A stretch of DNA of 48,320 bases from Pseudomonadota bacterium. GTDB taxonomy: Bacteria > Pseudomonadota > Gammaproteobacteria > Xanthomonadales > SZUA-36. Positions 1 through 9,495 of this stretch are shown here, in pieces. The notes below the pieces were generated by a model, which saw only the letters and a program-made list of their open reading frames with translations, had not been told where the DNA came from and did no database searches. Within the stretch, counting starts at the first letter, position 1. Each line of letters opens with the position of its first letter. The translations under genes and the position numbers were made by a program. The stretch lies in contig JADFKH010000001.1 in assembly GCA_022565025.1 (NCBI GenBank), forward strand, positions 1 through 48,320. The letters run 5' to 3'.

Positions 1-2
1 GT

Positions 3-1838
3 ATCACCAAACGCAGCGCCGAGGGGCTCAGGCGCCTGTTGCTGGCGCTGGTGAAAGATGTCCGTGTGGTGATGATCGACCTCGCCTGGCAGTTGGTATT
101 GCTGCGCCATGCCCGGGCGGATAACGAGTTGGCGCAGGAATTGGCGAGAGAAACGATGCTGATTCACGCTCCACTGGCCAATCGGCTGGGTATCTGGCAG
201 CTGAAATGGGAATTGGAAGACCTGGCATTCCGTTACCAGGACCCTGGGCAATACCGGCGCATTGGGCAACTGGTTGCGGAGCATCGTACGCAGCGCGAAC
301 GGTTCATCCGGGGTTTCATGGATAAACTTGTTGCTGCCCTGGAAGAAGCCGGTATCCCGGCGCAAGTGCAGGGGCGGCCAAAGCACATGTACAGCATCTG
401 GAGGAAGATGCAGCGTAAGGGGCTGGATTTTCACGAGCTGTTCGATGTCAGGGCGGTGCGGGTGCTGGTTGACGATCTGCCTGCCTGTTACAGCGCGTTG
501 GGGTTGGTCCACACGGCGTGGCAGCCGATACCGGGTGAATTCGACGACTACATTACCATGCCCAAAGGAAATAACTACCAGTCCCTGCACACCGCTGTGG
601 CTGATCCCGAGGGAAGGGCGGTGGAAATCCAGATCCGGACCCACCAGATGAATGAGCATGCAGAACTTGGTGTGGCTGCGCACTGGCGCTACAAGGAAGG
701 TGGCCCAACCGACCCGGCCTTCGACAACAAGATTGCGGTCATGCGCCAGTTGCTGGAATCCACGAATGAAGACCTGGATGACCAGAGTCTGCTTGACAGC
801 TTCCACTCTGTGACCACTGAAAACCGCGTCTACGTGCTGACACCAAAAGGCCAGGTGGTGGACCTGGCGGCCGGTTCGACCGTGCTGGATTTCGCCTATC
901 ACATACACACAGAGGTTGGACACCGTTGCCGCGGCGCCAAGGTCAACGGGCGTATCGTGTCTCTGACCCAGGTTGTTAATACCGGTGACCGTGTGGAAAT
1001 CCTGACCGCGAAACAGGCAAGGCCCAGCCGCGACTGGTTGAACCCGCGGCTGGGTTATTTTAGCGGGGCACGGGGACGTGCCAAGGTCAGGCAATGGTTC
1101 AAACGTGAGAGCCGTAATGAGAACCTGCGGGCGGGTAAGGAGGCTGTTGAAAATGAAGCCTTCCGGATGGGACTTTCCCTCACGGACTTCGCCCAGGTGG
1201 TGGAACGCTTCAGCCTGACCAGTACGGACGACCTGTTTGTTGCTGTTGGCAATGGAGATCTGACCCTCGGCCAGGTGGTAAATGCCCTCGACCGCCTGCG
1301 AACTGAGCAGTTTGAGCCGCAGGCTGAGGACCTGGTCACACGCACGCCCAACCGTCGTCGGAGCGAGCAGTTTAAAAGTATCCACGATGTGACCATCGAG
1401 GGCGTGGGCAACCTGATGACCACGCTGGCCAAGTGCTGCCAGCCGATTCCCGGCGATCCGGTTGTTGGGTACATCACGCGGAGGAGGGGAGTGACCATTC
1501 ACCTTGATGACTGCCGGCAAGTGCTGTGCTGGCGAAGTGAGAACAACCCCCGCCTGTTACAGGTCAGCTGGGGTGAAAAGCCTAAGACCAACTATTCAGT
1601 CCAGATCCAGATTAAGGCCTATGATCGCCGGGACCTGATCAGAGATATTTCCAATATTCTGGCGGCCTCGGACACGCAAGTGACGGATATCAGCAGTGCT
1701 TTGGATGAATTGCTGGGCGAAGTGACGATCCGTCTGCATGTGCGGGTCAGGGATTACCAACAACTAAGTGAACTGTTGAACCGCTTGGGGAACATTATGA
1801 ACGTGATCGAGGCGCGAAGGTTGAAGCACGGGGGTTGA
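3..1838 (+). CDS. relA: GTP pyrophosphokinase RelA, 5'-truncated by the window edge (C-terminal ~610 aa)
   Basis: The frame is open from base 3. The synthetase block GRPKHMYSIWRKMQRKGLDFHELFDVRAVRVLV...YQSLHTAV and GVAAHWRYKEG match RelA rather than SpoT. A TGS-like block (VYVLTPKGQVVDL...GDRVEILT) and a C-terminal ACT-like region follow. Confidence 0.9.
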   Translation: MTKRSAEGLRRLLLALVKDVRVVMIDLAWQLVLLRHARADNELAQELARETMLIHAPLANRLGIWQLKWELEDLAFRYQDPGQYRRIGQLVAEHRTQRERFIRGFMDKLVAALEEAGIPAQVQGRPKHMYSIWRKMQRKGLDFHELFDVRAVRVLVDDLPACYSALGLVHTAWQPIPGEFDDYITMPKGNNYQSLHTAVADPEGRAVEIQIRTHQMNEHAELGVAAHWRYKEGGPTDPAFDNKIAVMRQLLESTNEDLDDQSLLDSFHSVTTENRVYVLTPKGQVVDLAAGSTVLDFAYHIHTEVGHRCRGAKVNGRIVSLTQVVNTGDRVEILTAKQARPSRDWLNPRLGYFSGARGRAKVRQWFKRESRNENLRAGKEAVENEAFRMGLSLTDFAQVVERFSLTSTDDLFVAVGNGDLTLGQVVNALDRLRTEQFEPQAEDLVTRTPNRRRSEQFKSIHDVTIEGVGNLMTTLAKCCQPIPGDPVVGYITRRRGVTIHLDDCRQVLCWRSENNPRLLQVSWGEKPKTNYSVQIQIKAYDRRDLIRDISNILAASDTQVTDISSALDELLGEVTIRLHVRVRDYQQLSELLNRLGNIMNVIEARRLKHGG

Positions 1839-1846
1839 TACATGAT

Positions 1847-4800
1847 CTACATCAGAGATTTCAGTAAACTCTGCAGGCCCAGCTGTGCGGTTTCAACCGA
1901 GAAATATTTCCTGACATTTTCCAGGCCTGCCGTGGATATCTGGTTCCACAATTGCTCGTCCTGGTAGAGACGGACGATCTGGGCAGCAAACTCCTGCTCG
2001 CTTTGGGCCACCAGAATGTCTTCACCGGGCTTGGAAAACAATCCTTCAACTGCTGCGGGAGTGGCCACCACCGGCTGTCCGTGGCTCATGCTCATATTGA
2101 CCTTACCCTTGACGCCCGCTCCGTATCGCAGGGGTGCGACGGCCAGGCGGCAGCGGTTCAGCCAAGGCTCCAGGCTCTTGACAAAACCATGGAACTGCAC
2201 GCCGTTGCCGCCTAATGAGCTGACTCGTTCATTGGCCTTGCTGCCGATCAGATGAAACTGGACTTCGGGCAATTGTTTTCTCACCAGGGGCCAGATGCTG
2301 CCCACGAACCAGATTGCAGCATCTACATTTGGCGGATGCTGATAGCCGCCAACAAAAAAGATATCCTTGCGCTCCGACCAGGGCCGCTGGCTTCCGTGCA
2401 CCTCGTGAACATTGGTGATGACGTGAACGTTTGCATCCGGTGCAGCACGTTCCAGTATGGTCTTTTCCACCGGGCTGACAACCAGGGTTGCATCCGCGGC
2501 GGCGATTACTGCAAGTTCAGAACGGCGTGTCTGTGCCGCCACGCGTCTCAGGGGCAGGCTGTTCTCCAGTTCAGCCAACCTTTCCTCCCTGAGATAATGA
2601 AGATCCACTGTATCAAGAATAAACTTTGCGTTGGGGCAATACCGTTCCAGCAGGGAAATGTAATTGGCCGCAATGTAATGACGGCTGATCATTACGAAAT
2701 CGAATTCTGCACCACGCTCGCTGAAAAAATCATGCAGGGATTCGAGCCAGGGGTGGTAAATTACTTCGACGCCAGCCTGCTGCATATCCGTGGTATAGCG
2801 GCCGGCATGCCCCCGGTTGTCGGCGAAAAAGGTGACCCCGTAACCGAGGCTGTCAAAACAGCCCAACAGGTAAAACAGGCGAAGGCTGCCGGAATCCTGG
2901 TCCGGTTCCGGTGTATAGGCGTCGATGACCAGTATCCGTCCTTGCAAACGGTGGTCCCTTGCTTTCCTCAAAGCGCGCACATCATTGGGATCGGACAGAG
3001 GCACCGGTTGCAATGTCAGTTCGTCCTGCCAGCGCTCGAGGAATTTGTTGCGGTTGATTTCCTGGAATCGTTTTGCGCCACTGTTGATATCGGTGCCCGC
3101 TGTAATTCCCTCGTGGTGCACGATGGTTGCCCTGGGTTGTACACGGACTTTCAGGCCCTTCGCACGCACGCGGAACGCCAGGTCGGTATCTTCGTAATAG
3201 GCCGGCGAATAAAGCGTATCGAAGCCACCGAGTTCATGAAACAGCTCTGTTTTGAGCATGATGCAGGCGCCGGAACAATAGTCCACCTCCCTGGTGTACA
3301 GGTATTCAGGTTTTTCCGCGTCGTCGCCGCGGCCATAGTTCCAGCCGGAGCCATCGTTGAAAACAATGCCGCCAGCCTCTTGCAGGCGGCCGTCCGGATA
3401 AATCAGGCGGGCGCCAGCGAGGCCAGTGTCCGCAAAGCGCTCGAATGTATCGAGTAAAGCATCGAGCCATCCATCCAGTACTTGCGTGTCGTTGTTGAGC
3501 AGGACGATGTATTTTCCCTTGGCGATGGTGCTGCCCCGGTTGCAGCTGGCAATGAAACCGAGATTTTTCTCGTTACGGATGCTGATCAATCCGGCCACAG
3601 TTGCGAGGCGTTCCGCCGTTTCATCAGAAGACTGATCATCCACAACGATCAGCTCGTAGCGGGTCCGGCAAGCCGTTTCAGCCAGAGAGCGAAGACACGC
3701 GGCCGTATAGGCCCACTGGTTGAATACCGGTATGATGATCGTGACTTGAGGATGATCCGAAACCGGCAGGCGATCGGGTGGCTCGGGATTGCCTATTTCC
3801 TCAAGCTGTTGCGTTTCGACAAACGCCGGGATGAAGGGCTGTTGATGCGCCGTTTGGGCACGCATCAGCGCACCGCGCAGCCCTTGCGTCTTGAGTGTAC
3901 GAACCAGTTGGGAAAGGAGCAGGGGCCAGCGCACAGGGTTCCAGGCACGCGCCTGCGTGAAATTATGCAACATTCGCCGGCCCACCCGGAACGGCCGGGT
4001 GATCCGCCATGACGAACTTGCAAGCACTTGTTGATGCGTTGACCGTAGTTGTGCAAACAAAACATGGGTCTGCTCATGCGCGGCCTGTTCGTGTTCCAGG
4101 GATATTCTGGTTGCCTCCAGCTGGTCTTGAAGGTCCCTGAGCTGGGATTTTAGGCTCTTGACCCACTTTATTTTCTGTGCCTGCTCCTCCTTGCGGGCGC
4201 GTTCACGTTGTTCTGCCCAGGCGGTCCGATTTTCGACTTCCTGCTGCAGTTTGACTACCTGGTCTCCCAGATGTCTGCTTTGTGCCGCCAGACCTGCCAG
4301 TTGGAACGCCCGGGACGAAGCCTGCAGCCAGTTGTTGTCGGGCCAGCTGTTGGATTGATCAGCAACCGGTTTGGGTGTGACCGGGCGAGGCAGACAGAGT
4401 GTTTCGTAGCGCTCTACCATCGGCCCGGTACCGGGCAATTGGTAGCCGCAAAGCCGGTTCCTCATGGCTTCAATTTCTTCCCTGTGATCGAACAGGAAGT
4501 GGATTTTATCTACCAGTGAAGCCGCGCTGGCTTCGATCAGCCACCCCGTATCACCTTCGGCGATGCGCTCTGCCAGGCTGCCGACGCGAGTAGCAACCAC
4601 CGGCACGTTCAAATGTTGCATTTCGGACAGGGTGTAGCTGAATGTCTCCGGCACGACGGACAACAGCGCGGCCAGGTGGGGGCCGATGCCCGCGAGCAGG
4701 GCCGGTAATTCATCCCGCTGGTACTGAATAATGACATTGACGCCGCTGCGGCCAAAAAAGTCTTCCCCTTCTTTGCCGGCTCCGAGCAGGTAAACTTGAG

Positions 4801-6376
4801 CGAATTGCGTCAGTTCATTGAGTGCCTCGAGCAACAGGGCCTTGCCTTTTCCTTGTTGTATTTTTCCCGGGATCACCAGCCGCAGTTTCCGGTCTGCCCG
4901 GTCACGGGGCAGCACTGTGCTGTCATCAGGCAGCGGCGGAAGACCGTGCGGGATGATTTCGATGTCGATGTCATTCCAGCCCGGGTCTAGTTCGCGCAGC
5001 AGGTCAGCGGTTGAGCGGCTGGGCGCTGCGATCTTGATGCCCTGGGTGACGATGGTTTCACGCCAGCGGTCGCCCAGCGTCTGCCATGCCTGGGCATCCC
5101 GATCACGGAGATCCGGTAACAGGGCGTTCTCCGACAAGGCCAGTTCCAGCCCTGCAGCCTGCTCAAAGTCAGATTTACGATTGACCAGATCAAAATTGAC
5201 CAGATAGGGGCCGGGGTGGATGCCCAGCAGCGGCCAACGAGGGTAGAAATCGTGCAGAACCTGCACGGTTGGAAGCCCAGTTCCCAATGTGTCCAGGCTG
5301 TGACCGACCAGGGAAGATACAATGATTCGCCCTACACCGTACCGCCTGATGATTTCCCGCAGGATTACCCTGTATTGATCATTCGATTCGGCGGTGGAAC
5401 GGATTGGCGGTTGTAACCACCAGCTGGCGATGGCTGCACCTGTTTTATTGCCGTAATAGAGTGATAGCCGCTGGCCGGCGCCCTCGCCGGTTTGCGGGCC
5501 CTGCGAGCAAAGTTGAAAATTCAAGCCCCTCTGGTCGGCTTCGATAAAAGAATGAACCCATTGCGCAACACCACCGCCCCAGCTGTGCGTGACGTGAAGT
5601 GTCAATGGTTTGTCATCAAGCAGGAATTCATCGACTCCCGCCGGAACATTTCTCAGCCAGTTATCGAGCCGTTGTACCAGGCTGCCCCAGGCCGGCGGTC
5701 GCCGCTCTTCATGAGGCTCCAGCCGTGACTGGTCAAATAGTCCCTGGCGTGGATCGTGAATAAAACAATGATCCGCCACCAGCAGGCGGCCGTTTTGTGA
5801 ACCCAGGCGAGACAGAGCGTTTGCCGAATGAATACCTGCTTTTGCCAGTACCGCGATGGCCCCGGAAGAGAAAAACAGCAGGTGTCCTGGCCACTGTTGA
5901 TGCTCATATAACCGGCCCAGTCCCAGCAGGGCGACCAGGGACTCCCAGTGACTGGCCGGGGTTCCATCCTTGGTTGACGCCTCGAGGCCAGCATAGGGGT
6001 TCAGACTCGCTTCAGCGTTGCTAAGCGCGGTGAGAACTACGGCATTGCCACCAACCGGCGCCAGTTCTTTCATCAACCCGGTGATTGTTTTTACAGCTGC
6101 CGTGGTGATGGCAAGTCCTGCATCGATTAACAGTAATGCGTGGTCCGGAAATCGTCGAACCTGTTCGATCAGCAACTGGCCAAGCTGATCGGGTTCGGCC
6201 ATGTCCCTTTCCTCACTTCCTGGGCTCCAGCCCTGCCAGCCCAGGTTGCTGAAGAAGTCCAGTGTGTGCTGCTCTGCTGCGCGGTCACCTTTTGAATAAA
6301 CACACACTACCGGTGCCCGGTCGTCGCGTACCGGCGACCTGGAATCGATCTCTTTATCTGCTGTTCTGCTGCTCAT
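1847..6376 (-). CDS. Giant multi-module glycosyltransferase (1509 aa): degenerate GT-A-like N-terminus, GT-B/GT4 module, coiled coil, GT2 module, C-terminal GT-B/GT4 module
   Basis: Single uninterrupted ORF. GT4-like motifs: HSWGGGVAQWV and ETFSYTLSE (E-x7-E). A heptad-rich charged stretch (QVVKLQQEVENRTAWAEQRERARKEEQAQKIKW...) ends in SWRITRP. GT2 signature: VTIIIPVFNQ...ELIVVDDQSSDET...LLNNDT...YEDTDL. C-terminal GT-B: ILVIDAYTPEPDQDSGSLR...FFVGGYQHPPN...GAGVKGKV. Confidence 0.8.
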   Translation of the reverse strand: MSSRTADKEIDSRSPVRDDRAPVVCVYSKGDRAAEQHTLDFFSNLGWQGWSPGSEERDMAEPDQLGQLLIEQVRRFPDHALLLIDAGLAITTAAVKTITGLMKELAPVGGNAVVLTALSNAEASLNPYAGLEASTKDGTPASHWESLVALLGLGRLYEHQQWPGHLLFFSSGAIAVLAKAGIHSANALSRLGSQNGRLLVADHCFIHDPRQGLFDQSRLEPHEERRPPAWGSLVQRLDNWLRNVPAGVDEFLLDDKPLTLHVTHSWGGGVAQWVHSFIEADQRGLNFQLCSQGPQTGEGAGQRLSLYYGNKTGAAIASWWLQPPIRSTAESNDQYRVILREIIRRYGVGRIIVSSLVGHSLDTLGTGLPTVQVLHDFYPRWPLLGIHPGPYLVNFDLVNRKSDFEQAAGLELALSENALLPDLRDRDAQAWQTLGDRWRETIVTQGIKIAAPSRSTADLLRELDPGWNDIDIEIIPHGLPPLPDDSTVLPRDRADRKLRLVIPGKIQQGKGKALLLEALNELTQFAQVYLLGAGKEGEDFFGRSGVNVIIQYQRDELPALLAGIGPHLAALLSVVPETFSYTLSEMQHLNVPVVATRVGSLAERIAEGDTGWLIEASAASLVDKIHFLFDHREEIEAMRNRLCGYQLPGTGPMVERYETLCLPRPVTPKPVADQSNSWPDNNWLQASSRAFQLAGLAAQSRHLGDQVVKLQQEVENRTAWAEQRERARKEEQAQKIKWVKSLKSQLRDLQDQLEATRISLEHEQAAHEQTHVLFAQLRSTHQQVLASSSWRITRPFRVGRRMLHNFTQARAWNPVRWPLLLSQLVRTLKTQGLRGALMRAQTAHQQPFIPAFVETQQLEEIGNPEPPDRLPVSDHPQVTIIIPVFNQWAYTAACLRSLAETACRTRYELIVVDDQSSDETAERLATVAGLISIRNEKNLGFIASCNRGSTIAKGKYIVLLNNDTQVLDGWLDALLDTFERFADTGLAGARLIYPDGRLQEAGGIVFNDGSGWNYGRGDDAEKPEYLYTREVDYCSGACIMLKTELFHELGGFDTLYSPAYYEDTDLAFRVRAKGLKVRVQPRATIVHHEGITAGTDINSGAKRFQEINRNKFLERWQDELTLQPVPLSDPNDVRALRKARDHRLQGRILVIDAYTPEPDQDSGSLRLFYLLGCFDSLGYGVTFFADNRGHAGRYTTDMQQAGVEVIYHPWLESLHDFFSERGAEFDFVMISRHYIAANYISLLERYCPNAKFILDTVDLHYLREERLAELENSLPLRRVAAQTRRSELAVIAAADATLVVSPVEKTILERAAPDANVHVITNVHEVHGSQRPWSERKDIFFVGGYQHPPNVDAAIWFVGSIWPLVRKQLPEVQFHLIGSKANERVSSLGGNGVQFHGFVKSLEPWLNRCRLAVAPLRYGAGVKGKVNMSMSHGQPVVATPAAVEGLFSKPGEDILVAQSEQEFAAQIVRLYQDEQLWNQISTAGLENVRKYFSVETAQLGLQSLLKSLM

Positions 6377-6531
6377 GCGGATCTTTTTTGTAGGATTTTC
6401 CCGGAATTTTACTGCTATCGTGACCTTTAGGGCTGGTTAAAACAGGCCCGGGTAAGCCTGTCTGGATAGAATGCCCCTATCCGGTATGATTTAGCCGGGA
6501 TGAAACCCCATCATTATGGTCAAATGACCGG

Positions 6532-8952
6532 GTGATGTCACCCGGTGGCAAGACATTTTCTGTGATGAGCAAACTCAAAAAAAAGACAGGTAAAAAAAAG
6601 ATCAGCAGGAAAAAGACTGCCGGGAAAAAGAGAAGCGCCCGGCGCAGTCCTGCGGTAAACAAAGCAGTCCCGGGCTGGCTTGGCCGGATCTGGCGTCTCG
6701 CGCTGCTTGTCACCGGGGTATGCCTGGGTCTGCTGGTGCCCTGGACCGCCTACCTGAACTACCAAGTGACGACTGAATTCGAAGGGCGCAAATGGGACCT
6801 GCCGAGCCGGGTCTACGCGCGTGCGCTGGACCTGTACCCTGGTCTGCCAATCACACTCAAAGACCTCGAACTCGAATTGAGTATTGCCCGATATCTGCGC
6901 AAGACCAATGCTGACAGACCAGGCCTGTATAGCGTTTCCGGCAACACAGTGGAAATATACCGGCGCTCGTTCCGCTTCCATGACGGTGTCGAGGACGCCC
7001 TGCATTTTTCGCTTCAGTTGCAGTCCGGTAAAGTCGGCAGTGTACGCGACGTGAAATCTGGGAGATCTCTGGATCTGGTTCGACTGGAACCCGCGGAAAT
7101 TGCGGCCATTTACCCCCTGCACAAAGAAGACCGAACGTTGGTCAGAATCAACCATGTACCGCCCTTGTTGTTGACCGGCTTGCAGGCAGTAGAAGACAGG
7201 AATTTCAAGCATCACCCCGGGGTGGATCTCAAGGGCATCGCCAGGGCAGCATTGGCCAACCTCAAGGCCGGCCGGGCCGTTCAGGGTGGCAGTACGCTCA
7301 CGCAGCAACTGGTCAAGAACTATTTCCTGTCGGATGAGCGTACCATCGCGCGGAAAGTCAATGAGGCGATCATGGCCCTGTTGCTGGAATTTCATTATGA
7401 CAAGGCTGAGATCCTGGAGGCATACCTCAACGAGGTATTCCTCGGCCAGCAGGGAGCTTACGCGGTGCACGGATTCGGGCGCGCCAGCCTGTACTATTTT
7501 GACCAACCACTGGACCGGCTGCAACCTCAGCACATCGCCTTGTTGATCGGCCTGGTCCGAGGCGCTTCCTATTACAACCCTCGCCGGCACCCCGATCGGG
7601 CTCTGAATCGGCGCAACCAGGTATTGTCAGCCTTCGAGACAACCGGATTGCTGTCATCAGCAGATGCCCGGGCCGCTGCAGACAGGCCGCTTGATGTCAC
7701 CGAACAGCCACGTAACCGCGGAACCCGGTACCACGCTTTTGTTGACCTGGTCAGACGGCAACTGGCGCAGGTCTACCGTGAAGAAGATCTGAAAACTGCG
7801 GGATTGAGCATTTTCACTACGCTTTCCCCTGCGGATCAGGAGAAAGCACAGCAGGCTGTCAGCGATGGCCTCAAGCGCCTTCACGAGGGTGGCTTGTCGG
7901 CCAGCCTGCAGGCTGCGATGGTGCTGGCTGACACGCACAGCGGTGAAGTCAGGGCACTGGTGGGTGACCGGGATGCCAACCGGGCGGGCTTTAACCGGGC
8001 ACTGGATGCACGTCGCCAGATCGGTTCCGTGATCAAGCCGCTGGTTTACCTGCTGGCGCTAGAGCATGAAGCAGACTACAACCTGTTGACCCGCATCCAG
8101 GACCGGCCGTTGTCACTGAAGTTATCTGATGGCAGCTCATGGACGCCGGCCAACTATGACCAGGTGTCTCATGGTGAAGTCACCCTGCTCGAAGCGCTGA
8201 CCCGATCTTATAACCAGGCCACCGTCCGCCTGGGGCTGAATATTGGGATTAGCCATCTTTTACACAAGCTTGAACAACTGGGCGTGCAGGCAAATGTGCA
8301 GGCTGTTCCTTCCATTTTCCTTGGCGCCGTTGAACTGACTCCGCTGGAGGTTACTCAGATCTACCAGTCGCTGGCGGTGGGTGGCTATAGTGTGCCTTTA
8401 CGGTCCGTGATTGCGGTGCAAACAGCCCACGGCAGTGAACTGGTCCGGTATCCCTTGCGCATGATGCCGCTGAATCGCCGTGAAGTGATCGGCGTGCTCA
8501 ATTACGCAATGACCCAGGTCGTGGAGCAGGGCACGGCCAAAGCCCTGCCGGGACTGCTGGGCAAGCAGACCGTAATCGCTGGTAAGACGGGCACCACAAA
8601 CGATCGCCGCGACAGTTGGTTTGTCGGATATACTCGTAACCGCATCGCCGTAGTCTGGGTCGGTGAGGATGACAACCGGCCGGCTGGTGTCACCGGCAGT
8701 AATGCCGCGATGCGTCTCTGGGCCGGTCTGTTCCGCCAGTTGCCGATCGAGTCGCTTGACCTTAGCTTGTCCGATGGTGCTGCATGGCTGTGGGTGAACC
8801 CGGACAGTGGCAGACTGACTGCGGAAAATTGCCCCGGTGCGGTCCAGCTTCCTTTTGTGGACGGCTCAGCTCCTGGGAAGATGACAGCCTGCCTGGCGAA
8901 AACACGCAAAAAGGAATCATTCTGGAGGAAGTGGTTTGGCAAGAAAAATTAG
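6532..8952 (+). CDS. mrcB: Penicillin-binding protein 1B (bifunctional glycosyltransferase/transpeptidase). The start is uncertain: GTG 6532, ATG 6535 or ATG 6565.
   Basis: Lys-rich cytoplasmic tail followed by one TM segment. GT51 motifs EDRNFKHHPGVD and GGSTLTQQLVKN. Transpeptidase motifs SVIKP, SYN and KTGTT. Confidence 0.92.
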   Translation: MMSPGGKTFSVMSKLKKKTGKKKISRKKTAGKKRSARRSPAVNKAVPGWLGRIWRLALLVTGVCLGLLVPWTAYLNYQVTTEFEGRKWDLPSRVYARALDLYPGLPITLKDLELELSIARYLRKTNADRPGLYSVSGNTVEIYRRSFRFHDGVEDALHFSLQLQSGKVGSVRDVKSGRSLDLVRLEPAEIAAIYPLHKEDRTLVRINHVPPLLLTGLQAVEDRNFKHHPGVDLKGIARAALANLKAGRAVQGGSTLTQQLVKNYFLSDERTIARKVNEAIMALLLEFHYDKAEILEAYLNEVFLGQQGAYAVHGFGRASLYYFDQPLDRLQPQHIALLIGLVRGASYYNPRRHPDRALNRRNQVLSAFETTGLLSSADARAAADRPLDVTEQPRNRGTRYHAFVDLVRRQLAQVYREEDLKTAGLSIFTTLSPADQEKAQQAVSDGLKRLHEGGLSASLQAAMVLADTHSGEVRALVGDRDANRAGFNRALDARRQIGSVIKPLVYLLALEHEADYNLLTRIQDRPLSLKLSDGSSWTPANYDQVSHGEVTLLEALTRSYNQATVRLGLNIGISHLLHKLEQLGVQANVQAVPSIFLGAVELTPLEVTQIYQSLAVGGYSVPLRSVIAVQTAHGSELVRYPLRMMPLNRREVIGVLNYAMTQVVEQGTAKALPGLLGKQTVIAGKTGTTNDRRDSWFVGYTRNRIAVVWVGEDDNRPAGVTGSNAAMRLWAGLFRQLPIESLDLSLSDGAAWLWVNPDSGRLTAENCPGAVQLPFVDGSAPGKMTACLAKTRKKESFWRKWFGKKN

Positions 8953-8954
8953 GG

Positions 8955-9014
8955 TTCTGAATATGACTAAATTTAACTATTTACTGGTCCGCCATCACGC
9001 AGTTTGCGGGCTAA
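8955..9014 (+). repeat. Copy X of a 60-bp repeated segment (partner at 28756..28815, 47/60 identical, ungapped)
   Basis: Manual base-by-base alignment of ttctgaatatgactaaatttaactatttactggtccgccatcacgcagtttgcgggctaa against ttctaaatatgattacatttaactgtttgttggtccgctttcgtgcaatatgccggctaa. Confidence 0.8.
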
Positions 9015-9488
9015 GCTGCCTGGCGCTGGTTTTGTCCGCATGTGCCGGGTATAGTCCCGCGCCTGTTGCGAGGCCGGGAAGTCGAAAGTCGGGTTCGCGT
9101 ACCGGCCAGCCAGGAAAGTGAGGGAGTGCAGGTGTTTCCTTTACACAATCCAGCGGTAAAGGAATTGCTGGCCGAAGCAGGCAGTGCGGAAACTACGGGC
9201 GATTACGACCAGGCCGCGGTTCTGTTGGAACGTGCCCTCAGGATGCAGCCCAGGAATCCGGAAGTTCTGCAGCAGTTGGCGGAAGTCCAGTTGCAGAAAC
9301 AGGACTATGAACAGGCTTTGAATTTTGCCGTGCGTTCCTATGACATTGGTCCGCGTGTGGGTGAAATCTGCGACCGGAACTGGCGTACCATCAGCGTAGC
9401 GCGTGAACACCTCGGAGACCGTAATGGATCTGTACAGGCTGAACTTCGGGCATCGGCCTGCATGAATACCAAACCCAAAAGCTTCTGA
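8963..9488 (+). pseudogene. LpoP-like lipoprotein with TPR domain, interrupted by a frame change. Signal/lipobox plus linker is at 8963..9121; the TPR part is at ~9126..9488 in the +1 frame.
   Basis: ATG 8963 follows AGGG. The N-terminus MTKFNYLLVRHHAVCGLSCLALVLSAC has lipobox LSAC, then a P/G/S/R-rich linker that stops at TGA 9119-9121. The TPR-like sequence (AVLLERALRMQPRNPEVLQQLAEVQLQKQDYEQALNFA) is in the next frame and has no signal peptide of its own. The position directly downstream of mrcB matches the Pseudomonas LpoP arrangement. Confidence 0.45.
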
Positions 9489-9495
9489 GCACACC

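Noticed and set aside
2252-3457. 401-aa ORF on the + strand, antisense to the giant glycosyltransferase. Similar long antisense ORFs occur at 6538-7590 (350 aa, opposite mrcB), 34599-35438 (opposite hda), 44702-45571 (opposite sufC), 45729-46595 (opposite sufD) and 47472-48152 (opposite sufS).
   Set aside because: Each lies fully inside a gene whose product has unmistakable family motifs on the other strand. Their translations are low-complexity (R/G/A/Q-rich) with no recognisable motifs, no RBS and no sensible starts. They are typical shadow ORFs of codon-biased, moderately GC-rich genes.
6528-6545. Palindrome ccgggtga-tg-tcacccgg overlapping the first possible mrcB start codons.
   Set aside because: It is a single short palindrome with a 2-nt centre and no second copy or partner regulator nearby. 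It could be coincidental and cannot be tied to a function from sequence alone.
9042-9125. ATG 9042 as the start of the TPR ORF (148-aa version).
   Set aside because: This start lies inside the lipoprotein-signal ORF in another frame, has no RBS and adds a basic, non-hydrophobic stretch. The overlap is better explained by a frame disruption of a single LpoP-like gene.
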